A stretch of 64,000 nucleotides of DNA from Octopus vulgaris (lineage: Eukaryota). The translations under genes were made by a program, and so were the position numbers. Below the pieces are notes generated by a model. The model saw only the letters and a program-made list of their open reading frames with translations, was not told the origin of the DNA and searched no databases. Below, piece after piece: positions 27,552 to 41,072 of the stretch; position 1 is the stretch's first letter; each line of letters begins with the position of its first letter. Location of the stretch: positions 11,594,001 to 11,658,000 of the forward strand of contig OX597821.1 of the NCBI GenBank assembly GCA_951406725.2, read 5' to 3'.

Positions 27552-27745
27552 ATACTCTTTTATTCTTTTACTTGTTTCAGTCATTTGACTGTGGCCATGC
27601 TAGAGCACTGCCTTTAGTCGAGCGAATCAACCCCAGGACTTATTCTTTGTAAGCCTAGTACGCATTCTAAGTTACGGGGATGTAAAAACACCAGTATCGT
27701 TTGTCAAGCAATGTTGGGGGGAAAAACACAGACACACATACGTAT

Positions 27746-27796
<51 letters not shown>

Positions 27797-27945
27797 CACA
27801 TATATACGACGGGCTTCTTTCAGTTTCCGTCTACCAAATCCACTCACAAGGCGTTGGTCGGCCCGAGGCTATAGTAGAAGGCACTTGCCCAAGGTGCCAC
27901 GCAGTGGGACTGAACCCAGAAACATATGGTTCGTAAGCAAACCAC
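27552..27945 (-). mobile_element. Family A SINE
   Basis: Collinear with family A. Confidence 0.85.
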
Positions 27946-28605
27946 TTCAAGCATATATATATATATGTATGTATATATGTATATATGCTTGTATGTTTTC
28001 TTGTGCGTGTGTATTTGTATATGTGTATGTACGTGTATGTCTGTGTATGTACGCACGCACGCACACACACACACACATATGAATATGAAGATATGCATGC
28101 TGATGTATATATACGTACGTTGTATTTGACGTAACAGGTCTGTTTTCCTTTCTCTCAAGCATCTCGAGGCAGTAGTACATCATGTAAGTACAACCAGTGA
28201 AACTACTACCAAGAACAACGCCACCACCACCACCACCACCGCAACCACCACAACCACCACAACCTCCACCACCAAAAACAACAACAGTAACAACAACAAC
28301 AAAATCAAAACCATAAAATCTATAAAATGAATTAAGTGCCGTCATATCAAAATTAGTTTCTGAAATCGGTTAAGTTTACATCAACGAAACGATTCCATCT
28401 GGCTACATGTGTTGTTTGCTTCGATTGAGACGCAAATAAGAAGGTGGGGCATATATTTTTGAAAATTCTATAGTTTCTGTTAATCCAATTGTAGCTTAAT
28501 CAGATTATTGACGATATTTCTACAGAAAAGTAGAATACTTCCTCTATCTCTCTTCCTCTCTGGTTACGTTCCCCCCTCTCTCTCTCTCTCTCTTTCTCTC
28601 TTTCA

Positions 28606-28636
<31 letters not shown>

Positions 28637-28744
28637 GCTCCATCTTTACCTCCTCTTTCTCATTCATTCATTGCTTCGTTTTGTTCGCTCTTTTATCTTT
28701 TCCTCTCTCACTATATCTCTCTGTGCATCTTTCTGTTGCTCTCG

Positions 28745-28778
<34 letters not shown>

Positions 28779-28781
28779 TGC

Positions 28782-28812
<31 letters not shown>

Positions 28813-28817
28813 CTATC

Positions 28818-28853
<36 letters not shown>

Positions 28854-29811
28854 CATACATATACATATACATATATATATAATGTATATATATATATTTA
28901 TATATAAATGTATTTATATTTATATATATAATGTATATACATATATATATAAATGTGTGTATCTATCTATCTATATATATATATGTATAAACGTATGCAT
29001 GTATAGATATATATATATATATATACATACATACGTGTACATAATTATACATATATATTTGTTGACATATATACGTATACACAGGTGCGCACACATATGC
29101 ACACACAAACGCATGCTCACCCACAAACACATACACAGACACATACATACATGCATACACGCACACACTCACTCACACAAACACACACACACACACATAT
29201 CAGCACCTATATAATCCGAAACACATACTCTAATACATATGCACACGGCAATATATACACACAATACATGCATATAAAATACATCACTTTATCGCATGGA
29301 TTCAGTGTGATTTTGTCTCGTAAGCAAACTTGCAGAATGAAACTTGTCTATACTGGTGACAAATGTATAATGAAAATTAGTACACCTAATCTTATATTGA
29401 GTGCTTTATTTTGTTTGTGAACATCCTTTTCCTACCACATTGTACGATACACACACATAGATTATGGCTTAACACAATCTACGGGTTGTGCAACAAACTG
29501 TTTCGTGTAATTCTTCGTAATAGTGCTTATGTAATATTTCCTTTTCTAGCTATCCTAAACTGTAGCTCGAGCAGAGAAAAGTGCATAACAAAAAGCAACC
29601 AAATGTTTTGGCCAATGGTTTTATGGGTAGATCGATCGGTGCTGGTATCTATGACTGACGACAAGCATGTCGAAACATCGGTGTCCAAAATTTCCTTGTC
29701 CTACTGAATCAAGTGTATGAAAATATAGTTGTCATGAAGCTGTTCTCCAGTGATTAGCGTAATTTGCCTTCGAATCGGCCAGAACTTATTAAGATTAAGT
29801 ATATTCTTAAC

Positions 29812-30190
29812 TCTCGTTTATTTGTTTCAGTCATTTGACTGAGGCCTTGCTGGAGCACCGCCTTTAGTCGAGCAAATCGACCCCAGGACTTATTCTTTGT
29901 AAGCCAAGTACTTATTCTAGCGGTTTCTCTTACGGGGACGTAAACACACCAGCGTCGGTTCTCTAGCGATGATGAGGGAGGGGGACAAACACAGACACAC
30001 AAACATATACACACACATATACATATATACGACGAGCTTCTTTTAGTTTCCGTCTCCCAAATCCACTCTCAAGGCTTTGGTCGGCCCGAGGTTAAGGTAG
30101 AAGACATTTGCTCAAGGTGCCACGTAGTGGGACTGAACCCGGAACCATGTGGTTCGTAAGCAAGCTACTTACCACACAGCCACTCCCACG
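29812..30190 (-). mobile_element. Family A SINE
   Basis: Collinear with family A. Confidence 0.85.
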
Positions 30191-31140
30191 TGTAAGTATG
30201 CAAATAATCGTTTGAAATCTCGCTATTCAATGCACAAATGACACATTTATAAATATAAAAGATTTAAAATATGACACTTAAGCAATTTAGCGGGTTTGCT
30301 AAAATACCTGCTCTGGAGACCACACCGTCAGCTAACGATTATTTTGATAAAGCAATAGCAATATTAGCATCTATACTCTGCCGTATAGGGACAACATTGT
30401 TTCTGATTGGCCAGTACAGCGAGTCGTTCTCAACATATCGAACTCTGATAAAATCATTGTTGGAGTAAAGGAACTTGTAGAAAATCTGAATGTATATTTA
30501 AAAAAAAAGGAAGCTCAAACTTGCGTATGCGTATTTATATACACATATATATTCACACATGCAAACACACAAAGATGTACACATCTGCGCTCACTCGACC
30601 ACACACTGTTATATGCTTCTAAAATGCACTGCAAATGCATTTTCAGTTGAGTCATCTTGTCAGTGAAGTATAAAATAGTTGGCCGTATTCCACAAATTAT
30701 TTGTACAGTTAAAGCAATGTTCAGACAAAATCAGTATGGTACTATTGTGACAGCCTTTTAAATTACTGGAACCCATCGTGCAAGCTTTTACACAGTTTTC
30801 ATCTACCAAATTCCATTCAATTTTATTCTCTGTAAATTTCAAAATACGTGTAAAACTCAATTACATCCAACGCAGTTATTAAACCATTTTGTTGGATTTA
30901 TTCGCTTGAAAAATGACGAAATAGAATTAAAATAGTAGCCAGGCAAACATGGGTGACTAAATTTCTTAAAACTTGTGCCTTTCATATTTAACTTTACTTT
31001 CCTAACTGGTTGAGTGCTATGCAATTTGTTGAAAGTAATACCACACATACGCGCGCGTGAGTGCAACCTCAGTCTTTAGTAAATGGATAACTATCTCTGA
31101 ATTTTGAAGAATGCAGTTTTTAAAAAACTATTATTAATCT

Positions 31141-31526
31141 TTATTAAATCTCAGAGCGAGATGTAAACAGTAACCGCTCGACAACGTAAAGTATAACAGC
31201 CATCTCAATATGGCTAACCACAAAGTGGGGGTGTTACTGTAGCTTTTAGCCCCAGGAGATCGACGTCTCCAGCTGGCTTTAGACACACTTTCTGTGCCCT
31301 TCCTCGTAAGCCTTAGTGATACGCACGGACCACGATTTCGAGATTGTCTCTTATGAACGGGCGGTAACCACCAGGTCACGATGGTCCGGTGCGTATCACT
31401 AAGGCTTACGAGGAAGGGATGGCTTCCCTTTGCAAATACCTAGAGGGCACAGAAAGTGTGTCTAAAGCTACAGTAACACCCCCACTTTGTGGTTAGCCAT
31501 ATTGAGATGGCTGTTATACTTTACGT
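31141..31526 (-). mobile_element. Fold-back retroelement end (arms 31183-31332 / 31382-31527) with 12-bp TSD and no hammerhead
   Basis: TATTATTAATCT at 31129-31140 and 31527-31538; long inverted arms. Confidence 0.8.
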
Positions 31527-31675
31527 TATTATTAATCTATTTCTTATATATTAATGCCTTCGACTCAAGTGTGATATTTATCTTGAGTGAATTATAGAAA
31601 ACTTTAACAATAATGTAAAATATACACTCTTCTAAACTTATTGAGCACGCTTTTCTACGTTTAAAATATTACTTG

Positions 31676-32023
31676 TGCTGTGCTCTTGAGCAAGACACTT
31701 TATTTCACGTTGCTCCAGTTCACTCAGTTGTAGAAATGAGTTGGGGCGTCACTGGTGCCATGCTGTATAGGCCTTTACCTTTCCCTTGGATAATATCGGT
31801 GGTGTAGAGAGGGGAGACTTGTATGCGTGGGTAACTACTAGTCTTCCATAAACAACCTTGCACAGGAGTGGCTGTGTGGTAAGTAGCTTGCTAACCAACC
31901 ACATGGTTCTGGGTTCAGTCCCACTGCGTGGCATCTTGGGCAAGTGTCTTCTGCTATAGCCCCGGGCTGACCAATGCCTTGTGAGTGGATTTGGTAGACA
32001 GAAACTGAAAGAAGCCTGTCGTA

Positions 32024-32080
<57 letters not shown>

Positions 32081-32365
32081 TTGTGTGTCTGTGTTTGTAC
32101 CCCTAGCATTGCTTGACAACCGATGCTGGTGTGTTTACGTCCCCGTCACTTAGCGGTTCGGCAAAAGAACCGATAGAATAAGTACTGGGCTTACAAAGAT
32201 TAAGTCCCGGGGTCGATTTGCTCGACTAAAGGCGGTGCTCCAGCAAGGCCGCAGTCAAATGAGTGAAACAAGTAAAAGAGTAAAAGAGGAAAAGAGACTT
32301 GTGCCTCGGAGGGGAATTTTCTAGGTGCATCCAATGGTTATTCCTGATCGAAAGGGGTCTTTTTT
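31676..32365 (+). mobile_element. Family C SINE with a family A SINE nested at ~31861-32297
   Basis: Family C sequence stops at ...aaacaaccttg and resumes at acttgtgcc... around the family A copy. Confidence 0.85.
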
Positions 32366-32754
32366 AACATTAACTTATTACTTTGTTCCTTCAGCTACTT
32401 GAAAATATAACAATGTATGTGTAATAATCGTTTAAAGTTACTGAGGGACTAAAGGGCCAATAGCTTCCTGCTTGGGCAAAATAATTTCAAATCAATGGAC
32501 CATAAATTTATACACTAGTGATAATGGTATTTCCCTTGATTATTCTGGAATAAATTATAAAAGCAATTACGATATCACATGGATAATTTATACGCTTTAA
32601 TTGATTTGCCCGTTGCACAACGCAGAAAATTAATACACAAATAAAGAAACAAGAATTTAAATATATATGTATACTTACGTATACAAACATGAATGCCGGT
32701 GAACATAACTGTAGTACATGAACACTCAAGTATATATATCTATATATATATATC

Positions 32755-32793
<39 letters not shown>

Positions 32794-33020
32794 TATTAAA
32801 AAGGATGAAGCCTTTTTCTCTACAGAAAAAAATTCCATCAGGAAGTGTGGCAGTATATTAAAGAACCTTTACGGTTAAAAATTATAAATATCTTATAAGT
32901 AAGGGCTAAAGAAGATTATTCTAAAGCCAATACACCGATATTCCACATTTAATCCGCTTGCTACATAAAATTGAACTGAAAATCGGGCGACTAACCGTAG
33001 GAACGTTTAAGTTTCGTTAT

Positions 33021-33079
33021 CTCAATATTGAATCAATTTCGGAATTAACCACACAAGGATTCGATCTTCCTCAGTTGAG
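33021..33079 (-). ncRNA. Degenerate hammerhead related to 2979-3040, in element ~32795-33140
   Basis: Minus strand: CUCAA CUGA GGAA...UUCC GAAA UUGAUUCAA UA UUGAG; stem I differs from 2979-3040 but still pairs; core appears 3 nt short. Confidence 0.6.
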
Positions 33080-33604
33080 CGTACGAGGGGATATAAGTAA
33101 GGTACTCACATGCGTCCATGGAAACAGCCGAAGCGGATAACACAAATACATTTAAGTAACTCAATTATATCTAAAAATAAAAATTATATCTAAATATATA
33201 TATATATATATATATAGATAGATAGATATTGGTACACACATTTAGTAAAATCAATGGCTACAATACGATTGTCATTTTGAGTGATTTTGAATATCTAGAG
33301 AGTGCAACTCAAGACACGAAATATAGTGAAAGACAGGAGAAAATACAAATTTGTACAATTAAGAGATTAATGGATTAATAAATTGTAAAAAAGAACGGAC
33401 GGAAGAAGGACAGACAGATACAGTAAAAGAAAGGATCTCGGTGAAAGATAAATCAACAGGTATATTGAAACGGATTCAAGATGGGGATTACAGTTTTGCA
33501 AATAATCGTATCTTGGTTCTTGGACATAACTAATTCGATAAATGTCCGAAATTCATAAAAACAAATTTCTTACATTTATTATTATAATTATACATATATA
33601 TATA

Positions 33605-33778
33605 GGCGCAGGAGTGACTGTGTGGTAAGTAGCTTGCTTACCAACCACATGGTTCTGGGTTCAGTCCCACTGCGTGGCATCTTGGGCAAGTGTCTTCTGC
33701 TATAGCCCCGGGCCGACCAATGCCTTGTGAGTGGATTTGGTAGACGGAAACTGAAAGAAGCCTGTCGTATATATGTAA

Positions 33779-33812
<34 letters not shown>

Positions 33813-34016
33813 TTGTCCCCCTAGCATTGCTTGACAACCGATGCTGGTGTGTTTACGTCCCCGTAACTTAGCAGTTCGGCAAAAGAGACCGATAGAATAA
33901 GTACTGGGCTTACAAAGAATAAGTCCTGTGGTCGATTTGCTCGACTAAAGGCAGTGCTCCAGCATGGCCGCAGTCAAATGACTGAAACAAGTAAAAGAGT
34001 AAAAGAGTAAAGAGTA
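33605..34016 (+). mobile_element. Family A SINE, full length
   Basis: ggcgcaggagtg...gggttcagtccc...(TA)(TG)...gtaaaagagta. Confidence 0.9.
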
Positions 34017-34130
34017 TATCTTTCTTTCGCTCCATCTTTACCTCCTCTTTCTCATTCATTCATTGCTTCGTTTTGTTTGCTCTTTTATCTTTTCCTCTCT
34101 CACTATATCTCTCAGTGCATTTTTCTGTTG

Positions 34131-34167
<37 letters not shown>

Positions 34168-34334
34168 CCTGTACTCACATATATATATTTATATATGAAT
34201 GTATATATACATGTAGATGTAGGTACGTACATATATGTATGTATGTATGTATGTATGCATATATTTTATTTATTACATTATTGTATGACTGAGCGCCCTC
34301 ACGTCGTTTCGTTTCTTTCCTTTCTCCCAGTATG

Positions 34335-34388
<54 letters not shown>

Positions 34389-37300
34389 CAAGGTATGATT
34401 ATTTGTGTATTGTGCCCTGAGGGACATTTATTGCATTGTGTCAGTATTTTCCAAGTATGTCGTACTTCAACTTAAATTGAATATTTTATTGTCTAGAATA
34501 TTTCAATATTACTCTTTCTGCCATTAGTCCACCAAGTGCTACCATTTCCGTTTGGTGGGTAAATCTCAATTATATTCCATTTGACACTATAGCATCTCAT
34601 CATCCATCATTTATCTAGCTTTCCGCCATTTTTTAATTTCATTTTTTTTATCTATGCAGCTAATTTTCATTCTTTCATATTTCTGTCATACTTCCTTTCT
34701 TCTTTCTTATATGCTTCCTTCCTTTCTCCCTGCATGTTAATTTTCTGTCGATTTCCTTTAAATAATAGAGATAGCTGGAAAAATCTATTTGTAAGAAATT
34801 GTGACAAATGTTTCGTTTCTAACTCTATACTCGTAAGGCAATAAGTATTTCATAGGAGAAATCGAGATCTCGCATCCGCCACTCTTTGATTATAAAATTT
34901 CCTAATAACTAATCGTTTAAAATCAATAATAATTACGCAACAATTAACAATTAACAATGACATCAATAGTAATCATTACAAAACAAAAATATCACCAATA
35001 AACCTAGCCTTGGAAGTGGTCATTCTAAGTGGTCAAAGAGTTGGTAAAAATAGCTGCCAAAGATGTTTTAATCAGATACCCTTGTATTGGATTGCAACAG
35101 GCTGGTCAAATCTCGAATGCCTTCTATCAAAGAGCTACTCCACTAAGCTTGGTCTGGGCTTAAGAAGCAGAAAAACATCAACAACGACCACGACGGTGAT
35201 GACTACAGAAAGCAGCAGCCATCCAAGAATTTGGACCTGGAGATCACCATTTCCAGCGACTTCGTGGGCCACCCCCAGTGGTGTCGGGCGTCAACGAAGA
35301 GTCCTCGACTACAAGATGACCAAAGCTGTTTTTTTTCGAAAGTCTGGGGTCTCCCGCTCCTAAGCCCTAGACCATCACCTAATCACCTTACCCGTCTTAA
35401 CAACAACAGCAACAGCAGCAGCAGCAGCAGCAGAAGCAACAACAATAACAATAGATAATATCTGGAAGCATAAATAGCTATAGAGAGAGAAAATTAATTT
35501 TTTTGCTTTTAGATCTCAGAATCATATCTAATTTAAAATAATATTTACAATTTATGTATCTCGCGTTCATCTCCGGTCAATTATTATTCCTTTGAAAAAA
35601 ATATCCACATATATAGCCTGATTCAGTAGAATGTCAGAATCAATAAAAAGCTGAATCAACATGTATTCATATTAAAGAAAGCCTGTGCTAATAGTTTCTG
35701 CATCATTTTTTTTTAATTCATACATTCTAGATTCATATCTCGCTTCATCTAACCTTTTCACCCAGCAAGGCTAAGCTAATAAATATCTAAGTAGCAATCT
35801 GGAAAAACCGGGGTTTTCAGGTAATGAAAATGACTACATAACACGCATTTTGTAAATACAGTATTTCTAAAGTTCAACACATACATTCCCTCTGTTGTTG
35901 GTATTGAAATTACATCAATGTAGCTTTTTCTTTGATAATTGGCAGTTTCTTCAGTTTAAAAAGAAATCAAATAATTAAAAGAATTATTATTACATACATA
36001 AGCAGTCATAAGCAAATGCACACTCAAACACATGTATGTATATAGTGAGCTAACTGTAGAATTCATCCACCTCTTTCCCTCACTCCATATACATGTATAT
36101 GGAGTGTGTGTTCGTGTGAGTGTGTGTGTGTGCGCGTGTGTTCTTGAAATTTTGATCTTAGTTTTTCTGAGGATGTTACAAATTATACAAGTCCTTTTAG
36201 GAACTGCTCCCATGCCTTTCTCAGAGAAAGCAGGACACATTGGATATATTAATCCGACATTTACTGTGTCTGGGGAAAATGGGACGGCGATGGTTCAGAA
36301 ACATTTGATCATAGATCTATTTGATTAAAGCTGATCCAGTACGAAGCATTATCTTACGGAATTCGAGGATCCGGATTATGTTGTTGGCCTTATTCTCAAA
36401 TAATGGTGCATTGCAAATCTCGAGTCTATCTTTCTCTAGAAGGGATATTTTCAATAGGTACCCATCAATTTGACGTAGATTTTGTGGGAAACAAATATAC
36501 GAAATACGTTACCCCACAAGGACAAAACTAGTAAATGGTAAAATGTTTTTTTTTGCAATCGTCCGTTTATCTTTTATGTAAACGACAACTGTGGCAGTAT
36601 GTTTCTATTACGGAGGGTTTAATTTCTCGCAAAAATTTCTACACAAAAATACCAAAAAATTTCAGCATCAAGAATTTTGATATTATTTACACTTATCCGA
36701 ACAGTTGCAAGACAAATCTTACTTCACGTTCTAAGAATTGAACCCATTCATTCCCACATCAACATTCAGCCTGTAAATGAAGCAGCCAACAAACATCGTT
36801 TGGGAGAGATTGTTTCCCTATAAAGCAGTAACATATAGTGCAAGTATAACTCTTGCAGATGATATCATGGGAAATTATGAAAATTGTTTCCTCCGTTACA
36901 CTCCGTTTACTACAAGATACACTTTTATCAGCTAAGTACAGAGAATATTATTAAATCTATGCAGATACTCAGAATATTAAGAAACTGAAGAAATACTATA
37001 ATTTATTTTGTCCAACGTTTAAAGAATACGCCGATCCACCATCCTGGCTTATTAGTTTATTCTCTTGTGACAGATGGATGAAGGCAAACTTCTTGAGCGG
37101 TTTTGGAAGAATGAAACTAAAGTGACTTTGGAGGAATCCGAAATCTGAATATAAAACGATTCTGCCAAACCCCTCTTGATATATTGAGAGGGTGAATTAA
37201 ATTCTTATATCATTCCTTTATAGTCTTGCCTTTGCTTAATTTCAGGTCAATAACAATATTGCAGGTGGCCCACCGAGATCCATCCCAATACTTCATATAA

Positions 37301-37456
37301 TGCATTTTAGACTACGTAATATACTGTACCTTTCAATTGTAAGACAACAGCTCCTAATTAGTGGAGAGATGTGGCTGTTGTTGCTACCAGTCCAGGCGAC
37401 TCCATTGAAAATTTCTCATTTGACTCTGACTGTATCCTTTACATTCAAGTTGTCTC

Positions 37457-37486
<30 letters not shown>

Positions 37487-37487
<1 letters not shown>

Positions 37488-37650
37488 GGGAGAATTCACA
37501 AAAACAAAAGACGAAGGCAGATATATTAGTATAACGCTCGGGAAGTGAAAAAGTCTTTAATGTTTCGAGCCAACGCTCTTCCACAGAAAGGAACACAGAA
37601 AGAAACAAGGAGAGAAAATAAAGAATGTGGAGCGGCTAGCGATCTATCAT
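37487..37650 (-). mobile_element. PLE-like pseudo-LTR with variant hammerhead (37555-37590)
   Basis: Minus strand: CUUU CUGUGGAA GAGC-guug-GCUC GAAACAUU AAAG; abuts (TA)n. Confidence 0.7.
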
Positions 37651-37675
37651 GGATCTATGTCTGTCTGGAAATATG

Positions 37676-38040
<365 letters not shown>

Positions 38041-38527
38041 ACACATTCATATAAGTACACTTTCATATGTATATACATACATATGTACATTTACACTAAC
38101 CAAATGTTAGATATACAGCATACTGTACAAATATTGTTTTCTTGTGTGTGTGCGTTTGTGTTATTGTAAGTGTGGTTTGTGTATGCATGTGTGTGTATAT
38201 ACATATACGTATGAATATGTGTTTGATGCTATTCACGTATATCTACTCATCATTAAGACAAATTATATCTCAATAATTTTATCTCTATTGGTGGAAAAAA
38301 CTTTATATTTCATGTTAAAATTACAGGCTCGATAGTATATTTTAGCACTTACGTTTTTATTGATAATATATAAAACGAAAATGTACTACATTTTCTATTA
38401 CATTACATTCTTTATGTTTTTACAGCTTCCAGATGTTGGGTCTGTAGTCATGCAGGAGTTCAGCACCCAATGTGTTTTATTCAAATATATAGACACTAGT
38501 CCAATATGTGTGTGTGTATCTGTGTGC

Positions 38528-38587
<60 letters not shown>

Positions 38588-38799
38588 GTATATGTATATA
38601 TGCGTATATATACGTACATATCTATATGTGTAAGTTCATATATATATATATATGTATATCTACTCCTTATGCAGAGTTTGACCACTTCCTCTACCTACAC
38701 CTGAGCACCATCGTGACATCTAATGCAGCTTTTTAGAGCCGAAGATGTTCTGAAAAGACACCCACATATATTGCACATCCGGTTTGGACCACCATGAAT

Positions 38800-39042
38800 C
38801 TTACGTGAAATTAGTTGAGTACTCCACTGACATGTGTACCCTTATTACAGTTCTCAGGGAGAATCAACCTAACGTACAATGTGACATGGCTGACCCTTTC
38901 AGTTTCAGGTACAACTCATGTTTGTCCGTTGAGTAGACTGGAGTAACCTGAAATAAAGTAGTTTTTCTAAAGGACAAAACAGGAATCGTTGCTGAGGACC
39001 TTAAAATCGTGAGTCGGACACTCTAATCCCTAAGGTACGCGC
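38800..39042 (-). mobile_element. Degenerate SINE (head C + tail B)
   Basis: Similar to 19161-19464. Confidence 0.6.
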
Positions 39043-40377
39043 AATTTCTATAAATCTATACATGCATACACACGCACACTTTTGTCTGGTGGAATCGCCT
39101 TTGATTTGGCGTTTCTAAACACTCAAAAAGAGGTGAGATGATGATAACGTTTCACTTAAATTAGTGTGCAATTTGGCGTCCACAGGAAGAGCATGCTGAG
39201 AGGGAATCTCAAGGAGCCGAGGTTCTTGGAATAAATCTTCGACATGGTGATTACTTCATTGCATGCGATGTTAGAAGCAATATGAATGATGAAAGAAGAG
39301 ATGAATTAGTTGTAGGTGCATGAGGGGAGGGTTACAAAAACCCAGCCATTTCCGAAGAGGATAAACAATTACAGTTGCTTTCGAAAAAAGTAGAGACAAG
39401 AAAAATAATGTTTGTTGGCAAGAGATTCGAGTATGTTCGTTTGTGTGTTTATGCCAAATAGTCGAAATCCTTTCTTGGTATGCGACCTAAGATTTTTTGT
39501 GAATGTGTCGCAACAGCACTTTCGTAGTTATCACTGAGATGTAGTTTTCACTGTGTTTCTGATGTATTTTCTTTAGGTGAGAACCTTGGTGGTTGTTTTC
39601 CTTAGAATTTAGAACGATTATGAAAGCCTTAATTGTGTGTTGTTCTTGTTAAAGAGGGGTGGGTTGAGGTATTTTGTTTATTCATTGAATATTATTACTT
39701 GTTTATTCTTTTATATATTATAAGTTTCTTTTTGCTGTTGAAGAAGAGATGCTCGATCAACAAAGACTTCGTAGCATTCTCTATCGAGAATGGCGGTAGA
39801 TTTGACGAGAAGTGTGAAAGTTACATTTACATAGCGCGTGGATGCAGAAGCTTAGGTAGAAATGAAGGCAGGCACAGTCTTCATTACAGATGGGCTTTCT
39901 TAGAGGTGACTGCGAATTGGTTCCAGATGTATGGCATGGAGAGTGTGGGAAACAATATCGAACAGTGATTAAATGCGGCTCACAAACGAGCTCCATCAGC
40001 AGACATACTGATAGTCCGGTGTGGCCGGAAGCCATGTGACAGAATCCAAATGATTAAATAGAATGGAGTTCGTAGACAGGCCAATTGAACATGAGATTCT
40101 GTAGTCAAGCTTCTTCCAAAGCTTTACTGATGTACAGAGAAACTGTACTGTTTTTTAGCAAATTCTTTAAGTGAAAGTACAAAAGTATACGATCAGGATT
40201 CGGCACATTTGGCTTTGCGAGAGCCGTACGAGTAATTAACGAGGGAAAATCATGGAAGGTATTAGAGAAATTCTCTGCTGCCACATGATGTTTACATCAC
40301 ATTTAAAATACTGGAAGTGTGATTGGATGGTACATGGAAAACTTTGATGAGTTACATCGGTATAGGACACATTCTAA

Positions 40378-40545
40378 CACGGTTTCAAACGTTAGCACGC
40401 CGGGCGAAATGCTTAGCGGTATTTCGTCTGCGTTACGTTGTGAGTTCAAATTCCGCCGGGTCGATGTAATCGACTTAATCCGTATGTCTGTCCTTCTTTG
40501 TCCCCTCTGTGTTTAGTCCTTTGTGGGTAATAAAGAAATAGGTTT
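40378..40545 (+). mobile_element. Family D SINE fragment
   Basis: cgttagcacgccgggcgaaatgcttagcggtatttcgtc...gagttcaaattcc matches the reverse complement of 53230-53430. Confidence 0.7.
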
Positions 40546-40794
40546 CAAATGTCGGGGTATATTACTGGAGAGAGAGAGAGAGAGAGGTGGGAGAAAGAAT
40601 ATTTAAATAATGGGGTAGTATGGAATATAGTTCTTGTGAACGTTGTTTCAGACTAATACAATTGTTGTTTTAGGGTCCGTTGCATTGACACTTTTAAAAG
40701 ACCGGTGGAAATTTTGCGCCCTGTATGCATATGTTGACTTTGTGTATATATCAAGGTTTAGTGTGTGTGTGTATATAACATTAATGTGTATATA

Positions 40795-41022
40795 TACTCT
40801 TTTACTCTTTTACTTGTTTCAGTCGTTTGACTGCGGCCATGCTGGAGCACCACCTTTAGTCGAGCAAATCGATCCCAGGACTTATCCTTTGGAAGCTTAG
40901 TACTTATTCTATCAGTGTCTTTTGCCGAACCGCTAGATTACAGGGACGTAAACACTCCACCATCGGTTGTCAAGTGATGTTGGGGGGGGGGACAAACACA
41001 GACACACAAACATATACACACT

Positions 41023-41072
<50 letters not shown>

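Noticed and set aside
31210-31255. HDV-like fold (GGCUAA...CAC-loop-GUG-GUUAGCC)
   Set aside because: No P1.1 GG, P4 or catalytic C junction after P1
36032-36328. 98-aa ORF
   Set aside because: Starts in TG-rich repeat; no motif or clear splice signals
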